Assembly (NCBI GenBank): GCA_001724265.1
Contig: MEDY01000179.1
Span: 1-58,705 of the forward strand
Direction of reading: 5' to 3'
Source: Rhizaria sp. SCN 62-66
Lineage: Eukaryota
Length of the DNA stretch: 58,705 nt
This document shows positions 43,154-53,590 of the stretch, piece by piece. The first letter of the stretch is position 1; each line of letters starts with the position of its first letter. The position numbers and the translations under genes are program-made. Under the pieces are notes generated by a model. It did no database searches. It saw only the letters and a program-made list of their open reading frames with translations, and was not told the origin of the DNA.

Positions 43154-44085
43154 ATGCCGCGCGGCCGCAGCAACAACAACAGCAGCAACAGCAATCACAA
43201 CAAGGCTGCTGCTGTGAAGCCTACTAAGCCCGCTGCCGCGAGCAGCAGCAACAGCAACAGCAACAGCAGCAGTAGCTGCACGGATTACAAGGCCAACGAC
43301 CGCGGCATGCCCGACTCGGCCGCGCTAACAGGCGCTAGCGTCGCCGCCGCCGCGAGCGTCATCGTCGCCAATGACAGCGCCCCCGCCGTCCCCCATAGTA
43401 ACTCCAGTAACACCGAACAGAGTCACACCGAGCCCGCTCCCGCTCCTGCTCCTGCTGCCACGACGACGACGCCGGTGCCCGCCGTTGCGCCTGCTGGGTT
43501 TTTCCCCCTATGGCCGCTCGACGACGACACGGTCACGCTCCCGCTGCTGCCCTCTCTGCTCCCGCTGCCGCCGCCCACCGCGACTGCGCCAGCCGCGACT
43601 GCGGCTGACTCTGTGGACGCGAGCGCCGCGGCCAACAGCAGTGCGAGGGCCGCTGCGGGCAGTCGCTACTGCTACACACCGGGCGCTGGCGACAACGCGG
43701 GCGGAAACGCCAGCGCTGTCAACGCCTGCCCTGTGAACGCCGGTGCTGCGAAAGCAAGCTGCAGCTCTGAGGCCAATGACCCAAGCCTCCGCTCCCGTTC
43801 CAATTCGGCCTCGGCTGCTGCGGCCGCGACAGGGACGACCCCCGCCGCCACGGCCGCCGCGATGGCCCTGGGCAGCGCCACGCCGCAACACCTGCCGCAG
43901 TCGCGCTCGCTGTCGCTGTCTCAGTCGTTGTCGCAGGCACAGTCTATGGTTCAGTCGGTGTTGCAGTCGCCGTCGCCGTCGATGTCGCAGTCGCCACAGG
44001 AGCAGCTGCAACTGCTTGAGCAGCAGCTGCAGCAGCAGCAACAGCAGCAGCTGCTGCTGCACCAGCAGATCGCAATGCTCCAGCT

Positions 44086-44124
<39 letters not shown>

Positions 44125-44992
44125 ACAACAGTCTTTCAGCGCAGGAGACGACGGCGCCAGCAATGGCAACGGCAGCGGCAGCGGGAGAGTGACTCTGCCG
44201 CAGCCGCTGCCGCTGCCGCAACCCCAGACTCAGCCCCAGTCGGCTCCGTCCCCGTCTCAGCCGGAGACGTACTCGCAGCAGCAGCAACGGCTGTTCATGC
44301 TCGCCAGCCCCGGCGCGCCCCGCTGCTCCGGCGGCTTGAGCAGCGACGGCGCTCGTGCCAGCGCCGGCGCCGGCGCCAGTGGGACACCTCCCAGTGAGAG
44401 CGCCTCCGCGACGAGTGCGACTACGCCTGCAGCCGTGGCCGGGGCGGTTGTGCCCGCGAACGGCGCGGACTCGGTCTCTGTGGCGCAGCTGCTGCTCCTG
44501 CTGCAGCACCAGCAGCTGCAGATCCTTGCCATGCAACAGCAACAACAACAACAACAACAACAACAGCAGCAGCAACAACAGCAGCTGTACAACAACGCCG
44601 CCAACCTTGCCACATTCACCCTCGCCGGCCCCGGCCCCGGGCCCGGCGCCGGCGCAGTCTCCGTCCCCGTCGCAGCGGCGGCTGGCGGCACGCTCTCGCT
44701 GCCGGCCACGCCGCTGCTGCTGCCGCGGTCCCCGGCCTTCGCGCCGGCCTTCGCGCCGGCCTTCGCGCCCGGCTCCGCCTCGGTCCCCGCCGTTGCACTT
44801 GCAGTCCCCGGTGCGATCCCCGGCGCAGTCCCGGTCGCGGGGGGCGACACGGTCTCGGTGGCGGCGTCGGTGGACGTGGCCGACGCCTCGGTCTCGGCCG
44901 CGCTGGCCTCGGCGGCGGTCGCGGCGGCGTCCGCGGGCGTGCCGGTCACTGTCACGCTGCCGATCACCATCTCGCCCGTCGCACCTGTCGCC

Positions 44993-45023
<31 letters not shown>

Positions 45024-45866
45024 GCAACAGCAACAGCAATAATGGCGGCTCGAACGGCGTTACTGGCGGCTACAATGGTCGCGGCAGCATGAGCAGCTGC
45101 TGCAGTCTCGGCAGCGCGCGCGCCAGCCTCAGCGCAGGCGCCAACGACGCAGCTGCTTTTGTGCCCAACAACAACAACAACAACACCAACAACGGGATCA
45201 ACAGCAGCAACAGCACTGACAACACCGCTGCGACGGCGACGCCCGTGAGTGCGGCGGCGGCTGCGGCGCCGACGCCCGGCAGCGCGAGCGCGATCGTGAG
45301 CGCGGGCGCCGGCATCACCGTCTCCGACATGGGCGCGGCGCTGTCCAGCGCGGCCGCCGCCGCCGTCTCGGGGCCCGTGGGACCGCAGGGCGCGGTCGAC
45401 GCCGCGGGCTTGTGGGTCGGGCTCAACCCGCCCCCCGAGCACCGCAGCGCGAACCCGGCCAAGGTACGGCCTGTTCTCCGAACAAGAAGATGATATTGTG
45501 GTTAATTTAATTTACCTTATGCGTATGTATGAATTTTATTTATTCTTTTCCATATCTCACCCATAACGTTCTTATATCTCTCATCAATACTTATCATGCC
45601 CCGGCCCACAGAATGTCTTCACGACGGCCGAGATCGCGCGGCACAACCACCCCGACGACTGCTGGTTGCACGCGCACGGGCGCGTCTACGATGTTACGGC
45701 CTACCTGCCGTACCACCCCGCGGGCGCGCGCACGATCGCGCGCTTCGCGGGCACCGACGCGGCCGTGCACTTCGACTTCCACCCTAAGTCGGCGCGCTCG
45801 GTCTGGGCGCAGTGCGAGATCGGCCGCGTGCAGGGCGCCGAGTGCACCGGCTGCGTTGTGATGTGA
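43154..45866 (+). CDS. Cytochrome b5 heme-binding-domain protein, 854 aa, long low-complexity N-terminus and C-terminal CaaX; exons 43154-45463, 45612-45866
   Basis: Exon 2 reads FTTAEIARHNHPDDCWLHAHGRVYDVTAYLPYHPAG...AGTDAAVHFDFH...ECTGCVVM then TGA. Phase-0 intron 45464-45611 (GTACGG...ACAG). Start codon less certain. Confidence 0.85.
44030..45040 (+). repeat. Coding trinucleotide tracts: CAG/CAA poly-Gln (~44030-44130, ~44534-44585) and AAC poly-Asn (~44993-45040)
   Basis: Directly visible repeats within the cytochrome b5-domain gene. Confidence 0.85.
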
Positions 45867-46817
45867 GCGCTGCGATGAGCGACGCCGGGGTGCTTCGTAA
45901 TGACGCACACTGTGCGTTGGGTCAAGAGAAGCAAGAATATGAGTACTGTTTGTATGGCATGGTGAGAACATAACATGCCTTACGACTCATACTCTTCAGA
46001 TTTACGACTGGCACGAAGTAAGTCCGATGTACAGCGCTTAGATATGACTGTGCGCACACGCGTCATAGCAGTCGTTGTTGCAGGCTCACTTCCAGCTCGT
46101 CGCAGCTCCATTGCTTTGTCGTTTTCGTTGTTGTGCTTTCATTGTTTAAACCAGTTGTGTACGTCCTTAAAATAAGAACCACTGCAATAGTTATAGTCAT
46201 TTGTACAGTGCTGTGCATTTTCAGAAGTCAGTCTGTCCTATTTTAAGTTTTTTTTGTATCGTTTCATTTTCCTTTCTTATTTAACGCTGTGACAGCATTG
46301 TCTGCTTGACAGCATTGTCCGTTTCATGAGTGTCGCTCACTGCGCGACTATTGCGTAGAGTATCATATCACGAAACGTAATCTCATTATATTGAAATGTT
46401 ATGATAAGTAAATAGAGTTACAATTTGATAAAAGTGTGTTTTATTGTTATATTTGTTGAAATGCTTGAGCGAATGCACGATTTTTGGAAATAAAATGAAC
46501 TGTGTAACTGAGTCTGTGCGCGCCCGAACAGCGTAATGGGTCATCCCCTCTCCCTCTCGTCTTGGCGCAGTGTGTGCGTGTGTGTGCGTGAGCTTGGAGT
46601 GCATGCTGTGTGTCGTGTGTGCATGGTGCACTCAAGTGTGTCGGTCTGCGCACTCGTGAGTGAGCATCCGTGTGTTCGCGAGTCTGTGCAATGACCTTGC
46701 AGAAGCATGAGCAGCAGCGTCAGACACGCGAGCACTGGCACTGTCGCGCCTAAGAGAGCATCTGTAGCCAGCATACAGCCTGACTGGCCGTAAGTTGTGT
46801 TGCTGTCGCGAGCAAAC

Positions 46818-47666
46818 TTAGAGCTCCTCAGCATCGGCCTCGACCTCGGCCTCGACCTCGGCCTCGGCCTCAAGGTCGAGCTCAGCGTCAGCCTCAGCCT
46901 CAGCGTCGGCCTCGGCGTCGGCCTCGGCGTCAGCGTCAAGGTAGAGCTCGGCGTCGAGCTCAGAGTCAAGCTCAGCGTCGGCCTCAGCCTCAGCCTCAGT
47001 CTCGAGGAAGGACGCCTCGGCCTCAGCCTCAGTCTCCGCCTCAGCCTCGGCGTCGGCCTCGGTCTCCTGCTCAGATTCCTGCGTGGCCTCGGTCTCGGTC
47101 TCGGCCTCAGCGTCGGCCTCGCCTTCCTCCTCTTGTTCCTGCTCGCCCTCCTCCTCAGCCTCAGCGTCGGCGTCGGCGTCGGCGTCGGCGTCAGCGTCGG
47201 CGTCGGACTCGACGAAGGTGACGGCAGTGGACTTGGAGGTGGGCGCCGACGCGGTGCCGGGCGAGACCTGGCCGTTGGCGCCGACGGACGGCAGCTGCTC
47301 CTCGGTCAGGATGCCGCCGTACATGCAGTCCTTGGCGTTGGTGTTATAGACCTGGGCGCACTCCATCGGCATCGGCAGGATGGCAGGGCCCTTGGCCTTG
47401 GGGGGGAAGACGCACTTGGTCATGTAGTGCAGCATCACATTGTGGCAGTAGGGCGTCAGCTGCATCAGCGGGGACGTCTCGGCGGCGGCCTCAGACGTGG
47501 ACAGAAGCTCCAGAAACGACGGGTTCTCCGCGAGCCACTGCTGCGAGTGGGCGAGCGCGTCGGTGAGCTCTTGGTGGAGCTGGGCATCGACCTCCGTCGC
47601 GCGCACCTGGGCGGCCAGCGCGAGCGCGGCCAACACTAAAAACGTCACAAAGCTCTGAAAGCGCAT
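46818..47666 (-). CDS. Secreted, highly acidic protein (282 aa): signal peptide, 4-Cys domain, Glu/Asp/Ala-repeat tail
   Basis: MRFQSFVTFLVLAALALAAQVRA signal-like start; YCHN...KC...EC...DC core; (EA/DA)n tail encoded by GCCGAG/GCTGAG/GCCGAC-like hexamers; TAA stop. Confidence 0.8.
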   Translation of the reverse strand: MRFQSFVTFLVLAALALAAQVRATEVDAQLHQELTDALAHSQQWLAENPSFLELLSTSEAAAETSPLMQLTPYCHNVMLHYMTKCVFPPKAKGPAILPMPMECAQVYNTNAKDCMYGGILTEEQLPSVGANGQVSPGTASAPTSKSTAVTFVESDADADADADADADAEAEEEGEQEQEEEGEADAEAETETEATQESEQETEADAEAEAETEAEAEASFLETEAEAEADAELDSELDAELYLDADAEADAEADAEAEADAELDLEAEAEVEAEVEADAEEL

Positions 47667-48292
47667 TGGATACTCTACCTCAGCGAGATAGAACGTCGGC
47701 AACGGTGACGAAACAGAAAATCCTCACCACTTTTACTCCTCGTCAAAGGAGCAACGATTGGACTCAAACCAAAATCACTTCCTTTTTTCGGTCCAGCCAG
47801 GTCAGCCACCAGCGAACGATTTCGATTCAGAAGTGCATGCTCACTTTGAAAGGCGTGTGTGCATTCTATTTTCCGTCTGTGCATTTAATTTCACTCTATG
47901 GTGTTGGAAGTGCTATTTTATAAATGGATATATTGGTAGATTTATAACAGTGTATGGTTGACCACCTCCCTCACTGGGTCTTCGAGCGCCCACTTTTGCA
48001 CTTGCCCGACCTCACATCGACTCACTCTTGTTCGTGTCCTCTGCTCCTGTCCTCCTTCGTTCCTTATAGCACACTTACCAGCTCACTTAGGCGTGCGATA
48101 CGTCGCTGTAATAGTCACTAGAGCGGGCGAACGCCTCTGTAACTCCTCCTGCATCCGCCAGCGTCAGTTGCATTAAGACCCTACCGGCTGACAGCTCGCG
48201 AGAGCACTCGCACTCAACACAACACAGCGCAGCGCAGCTCAGCGCATTTTGGCAAGGTACCAGCAGCCGTTGCTTTTACCCCCGCTCCCGCC

Positions 48293-51200
48293 ATGTCGTA
48301 CGACGAAGGGGAGGGCTTCCCCACCCTCGACGACATCCGCGCGTACGTCCTTGAACTATGCAACACAAAGATTCGCATTTTCTTGTTGCTACACACATAT
48401 TTGGCGCTAACTCAGCGAGACAACTACCCTTAGACTTATCTCTTAATTCGACAAAACCTCACCTAATATTATTTACTTGTATGCCAATTATTTTTCCGTA
48501 TCGCGTATATCCCTCTCGAATTCTCTCTTGGCACCCGCAGCGACGCGATCGAGTTCATCTCGCAGCAGTTCACGACGCCCGAGAGCCTGTGGGCCGTGGG
48601 CTCGGTGCGCCGCTCGTGCGAGCGCCGCCGCGACCAGCTCGCCGCGCTGTTGCGCTCCGCCGTGCGCTCGCACTCCGAGGAGGTGCGCCTGGGCATTGAG
48701 ACCGTCCAGCGCGCCCGCGCCTCGCTTCAGGTACGGACTGAGGGTCGCCTATGATGTCGTTTCGTTTCAAAACAACCCCATCGCATGTTCTCGATAACTC
48801 GCTAATATCTCTTGATATATCACTTCGAACTCACAATACCTCATTTCTCGTTTGTTGTTTGTTGTTTGTTGACTGACTGTGACTGTGTCCCCAGGCGCTG
48901 CGCGGGCAATTCAGCCGCATCGACTCGCTGGCCGCGCGCGCCTCGGCCCTGGTCGGCGTCGGCGCGGCGCCCGGCGCGCAGGCCGTCTCGGTGGCGCACG
49001 ACAACCTGGACGCGTCGACCCGCATGCTCGCGGACATCAAGTCGCTGCGCACCACGGCCGCGGAGCTGCTCGCGCTGCTCGATGACGACGACCACGCAGT
49101 CAAGTTCGTCTACAAGAAGTGCCGCGGGCTCCTCGCGCTGCGCGAGCGCGCGGGCGCGGGCGCGCTGGCCGCCGCGGGCGGCCCGGGCGGTGGCGGCGGC
49201 GGCACCGTCGCGGTCACGTCGTCGCTAACGGCGTCCCTCGACGCGACCTTCTTCGTCGTCTACGAGGTCGTGGCGGAGCTGGAGAACCGGCTGTGGGAGA
49301 ACCTGCGCGACGGGCCGATGCTGGCCGACTCGGAGCCTGCGGTGCTGGTGCGCACCGCGGAAGTCATCGAGATGGACGACCGCTCCGCCACGCCGCTCTT
49401 CATGCCCGGTACGGACAGACGCCTATCACTGCATATACGCGCTTCTTATTTCAATGCGTTTGAACTAAAATTTTGTGAAAATTGTGTATAAAATTTCTTG
49501 ACTAGTAAATTTTTATTGAGTGAACTGTCCGTAATTTCTGTTTGTTTATGTTTATGTTAATCGAAATCTATACTCATTTGCGGCAACTTTTCGTCTTTTG
49601 TCCCCCTGTTTTGCTTTCCTTTCTCCCCGACCCAGGCCACGGCAAAGCCACGGCTGAGGTGTACCAGGCCGCGCACGCGGAGCGCATGCGCCAGGCCGCC
49701 GCCGCCGCCGCCGCCGCCGCCGCTGAGCGCGCCGCCAACTCCTCCTACGGCAAGTCCGGCGGCGGCAGCGGCGGCGGCTACAACTACAGCGCGGGCAGCG
49801 GCTTTGCGCGGCCGCAGCAGGTGCGCGCCTTCGCGTCGATGCGCGAGCGGTGTCTGTACGCGATCGAGATGGCGGTCGCGGCACAGTACCGGCCGCTGAC
49901 GCTGACGCTCGAGGCGCGTGCGGCCGAGAAGGCCGAGGCGGAGGCCCGCGTGCGCGCGCGCAAAGAGGCCGCCGAGCGGCGCGCTCGCGAGGACGCCGAG
50001 GCCGAGGCGCGCCGCGTCAAGGAGGAGGAGGAGGCGCGCGTGCGGCGCGCCGAGGAGGAGAAGGTGGCGGCGCGGCGCGCGCGCGAGGAGGTGGCGGAGC
50101 GGCAGCGCGCGGCCAAGCGGCGCAACAAGGAGCGCGCGCGGCAGGAGCGGGCGGCCGAGCGCGAGCGCAAGCGGGCCTAGAAGGAGCGCAAGCGCGCCGC
50201 CAAGCTGGCCAAGAAGAGCCGCGCCGGCGCCGGGGCGCGGGGGCGCGCGCGCTGGGATGACGACGACGACGACGATGATGACGATGATGATGATGATGAC
50301 GACGACGACGACGAGGAAGACGAGGACGACGAGACTGAGACTGAGTCCGAGACCGAGTCTAAGTCCGAGCTCACGCCCACTGACGAGGACGACGACGAGG
50401 ATGACGACGACGGCAACAACGGTTTCGGCAAGGGCAAGGCCAAGACCATGGCTGGTGCCAAGAAGAAGAGTCCTTGGGGCGACGACAGCGACGATGACGA
50501 CGACGATGGCACCAAGGACGACGACGCTGACGGCAGTGCCAGCGGCGGCGGCGGCGGCGGCTGGGGTGCCAAGAAGGGCGGCGCCAAGGGCGGCGCCAAG
50601 GCGAACCCCTGGGGCAAGAAGAAGGGCCAGGACGCCGTGGTGAACTCCGACGATGAGGACGCCAACGGCAGCGGCAGCGCGCGCGGCCACAGCGACGACG
50701 ACGATGACGACAATGACGGCAGCGACAGAGACGCGGGCAAAGCGGCGGGCGGCTTCGGCAAAGGCAAAGGCGGCTTTGGCAAAGGCAAGGCCAAGGCCAA
50801 GAAGGGCAGCGACGACGACGATGACGACGACAAGAGCGGGGGCGACGACGAGGGCGGCGGCTTCGGCGGCTTCGGCAAGAAGGGCGGCGCCAAGAAGAAG
50901 GCCAAGGGCAGCGACGACGACGGCGACGGCAGCGACAGCGCCAAGGGCGAGGGCAGCGCCGGTGGTAGTGACAGCGACGGCGACGGCGACAACGCCTTCA
51001 CCAAGAAGGGCGCCAAGGGGGGCAAGGCAGCGGGCGCCAAGAAGGACGACTCGGACGCGGACGAGCGCCGCGAGCGCGCCGTGACGCGCGCGCTCGAGGC
51101 CAAGCGCGAGGCCGAGGCGCGTAAGGACCCGATCGTGAAGCTGCTCGAGGAGGTCTCAGTCGTGCTGGAGGACCTCACGCTGGTCGAGAACAAGATGGCG

Positions 51201-53282
51201 CGGTGCTTCCCGCCCGAGTACGAGCTGCCGGCGCACTATGCACGGCTGCACCGCAAGTGGGTGCGCACAGTCGCCATGGTGCATTTCGCGGACCCCAGCA
51301 CGCTCAACAAGGCCAACTCGCTCGAGTGCGTCAAGTTCCTCGAGAAGATGCTCACCGTCACGCGCACCATGGGCGGCGGCCGCGGCGGCAGCGCGGGTGG
51401 CGGCGGCGCCAGCAGCGGGCAGGCGGCGGCAGAGGCGGCGGACGAGGAGTTTTTCGACTCGCTGATGATGCAGGTACTGGAGGTGTATGTGGACCACGCG
51501 CGCGGCACCATCACGTCGCTGGTGACCAACATCCTCGCGCGCCAGGAGGAGGCCAAGGTGCTCGAGGATCACGAAGGCCGCTGCATCACCACCATCCCGC
51601 AGGACCTCTTCACCGTCATGCTGCAGCAGACGGACCTCAACAAGCGCGTCGGGCTGCGCGGCCGCGCTATGTTCCGCTTTGGCACGCTCTTCGTCGACTT
51701 GCTCACCGGCTTCCAGAACACCACCACGACCTTCTGCAACAGCGCGGCACGCCGGCCGGGCGCTGAGGGCGTGCATTTCGGCGCGCGCCTGCTGCCTAAG
51801 CAGCTCAAGGACTTCATCGCCATGGTCAACGACTGCGGCGCACTGGCCGACTCGACCAAGCAGCTCGAGAGCACTGTACTCGCGCTCGTCGAGGACGTCG
51901 CCGGCGGCATGCGCCTCGCCAGCGGCCGCTCGCTCGCAGCCGCTGACGCAGGCTCCGGCGCGGCCGCGGACGGCGCCGGCGGCGCGGCGGGCGCGGGGGC
52001 GGGCAAGAAAGGTGCCACCGCTGCTGCCGGCAAGGGCGGCAAGCCTGACCCCAAGGCCAAGGGCGGCGCGGCGGGCGGCGACGGCAAGGGCGGAGCGAGC
52101 GCTGAGTCGCCGTTCGGCGCGGACGTGAGCCCCGACTCGCCGCTGCTGCTGTCGCACACGCTGCGGCGCTCCTTCGCGGCCTGCGCGGCCGAGTTCGCGA
52201 CGGTGGGGTCGGCCGCGCTGGACGTGGTGGCGATGCTCGCTGTACAGCGCCTGCTGCCGCTGGTCGAGCGCCTCTTCCTGCCCGAGGGCACCATCGCCTC
52301 GGGCGGGCCCGGCGCGGGCGCGGCCATGGCCAAGCTGTCGAACGAGCTGCACTCGCTGCTCGTCGAGATCGACGAGGGCCTCGAGGACGAGGCACGCGTC
52401 GACCTCATCGCGCGCACGCTCGTCGCCGCCGTCGTCGTGCGCTACGTCGCGCGGCTCGGCGAGGCTGCCGTCAAGGGCGGCGGCGTCACCGCGGGGCCTG
52501 CGCTCGCGGACACGATCACCAACGACGCGCAGACGCTGCAGAAGGCACTGGTGCAGTTCGATGACCTGCTGCCGCCCGCGCGCATCAAGGTGTACCTGGA
52601 CAAGCTCTTCGCGCTGCAGGACCTGCTCGAGGCCGACCACGGCTTCATCTCGCTGCACTTCTCCAAGATTTGCGCGGCCTTCCCCGCGCCCGGCGACGTC
52701 ACCACGGTCGTGTCCAACCTGCTCATGCTGCGCACCGACCTCAGCAAGAGTCAGCGCAAGGAGCTGCTCGGCGACCTCAAGCTCCAGATCGAGCTGGCGG
52801 CGCTCGATGCGGGCGCGCCGCCGCCGGCGCCCGCCGCGGCGCCCGCGGATGAGGACGACGACGGCGGGAGCGGCGACAACGACGACGGCTCGAACCGTTC
52901 CGACAACGGCAACGACTCCGCCTCGGGCTCCGACTCGGACCGGCCCAAGAAGGCCAAGGCCGACAAGGGTAAGGGTGGCGCCAAGGCCGCCGCCGCCGCC
53001 GCCGCCGCCGCTGCCACCGCTGCCGTGAACGTGTCTGAGGAGTTCGAGGCTGCGCAGCGCGTGTTGGTGCGGCTGGCGACCCTGCCGACAGCGCAGCTGC
53101 CCGCGGTACCCGGCGATGACGCGTCGCTGGGCATCTGGGGCCGTCTCAAGAACAAGCTCGGCAAGGGCAGCGGCAAGCCCACCGCGCCCGCCGACGGCGC
53201 CGCCGCGGCCACGCCCGCCAAGCCCGCCGCGCCGGCTAAGGACGACGAGCCCGCGGTGGACCTGGCCGACTTCCTCGACTAA
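48293..53282 (+). CDS. SEC6: Exocyst complex component Sec6/EXOC3-like, ~1466 aa; exons 48293-48342, 48541-48730, 48895-49408, 49636-53282; in-frame TAG at 50178-50180
   Basis: N-terminal pattern (F..PESL...QLAALLRSAVRSHSEEVRLGIE), PAVLVRTAEVIE, EDLTLVENKMARCFPPEY, TTIPQDLF, FIAMVND and LLMLRTDLSKSQRK resemble Sec6 from memory. Three GTACG-AG introns keep frame; TAA stop. Confidence 0.82.
50178..50180 (+). other. In-frame TAG within Sec6 exon 4
   Basis: GAG CGC AAG CGG GCC TAG AAG GAG CGC AAG CGC = ERKRA*KERKR; the same frame continues without a stop to 53282. Confidence 0.88.
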
Positions 53283-53590
53283 GTCGTCGCAACAGCTGAT
53301 TGTCACCAATACCAAGTTGTTAGTGACCGCTGTCATGAATGGCGTGGACGCCTGTCTTGTTAATGTAAAGTATTTTTGTGCTAAAATATTGTTTACCAAA
53401 GTAGTTATAATAAAGTTTTATTTCGAATGTTCTCATCTTATTTATATCACAATAGTATCATTTATCTCGACAAGATGTAAACCACATTTACGCTCTCGTA
53501 CAAACAAAAATCACAGACCGCCCGATCAAAATACGTCCACACACTCTCCACTTCATAAAACTTGCGTTTTGACCGTGCTCAGCAGTTGCT

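Noticed and set aside
46797-47639. Plus-strand ORF of LGLSLGVG repeats that looks hydrophobic
   Set aside because: Antisense of the Glu/Ala repeat gene, whose minus-strand reading has a signal peptide and a structured core.
49815-50180. GC-rich intron from an internal GTGCG to the TAG at 50180 that would remove the stop
   Set aside because: No pyrimidine tract, composition unlike all other introns, and the 49821 donor would delete a Sec6-like segment; not formally excluded without RNA data.
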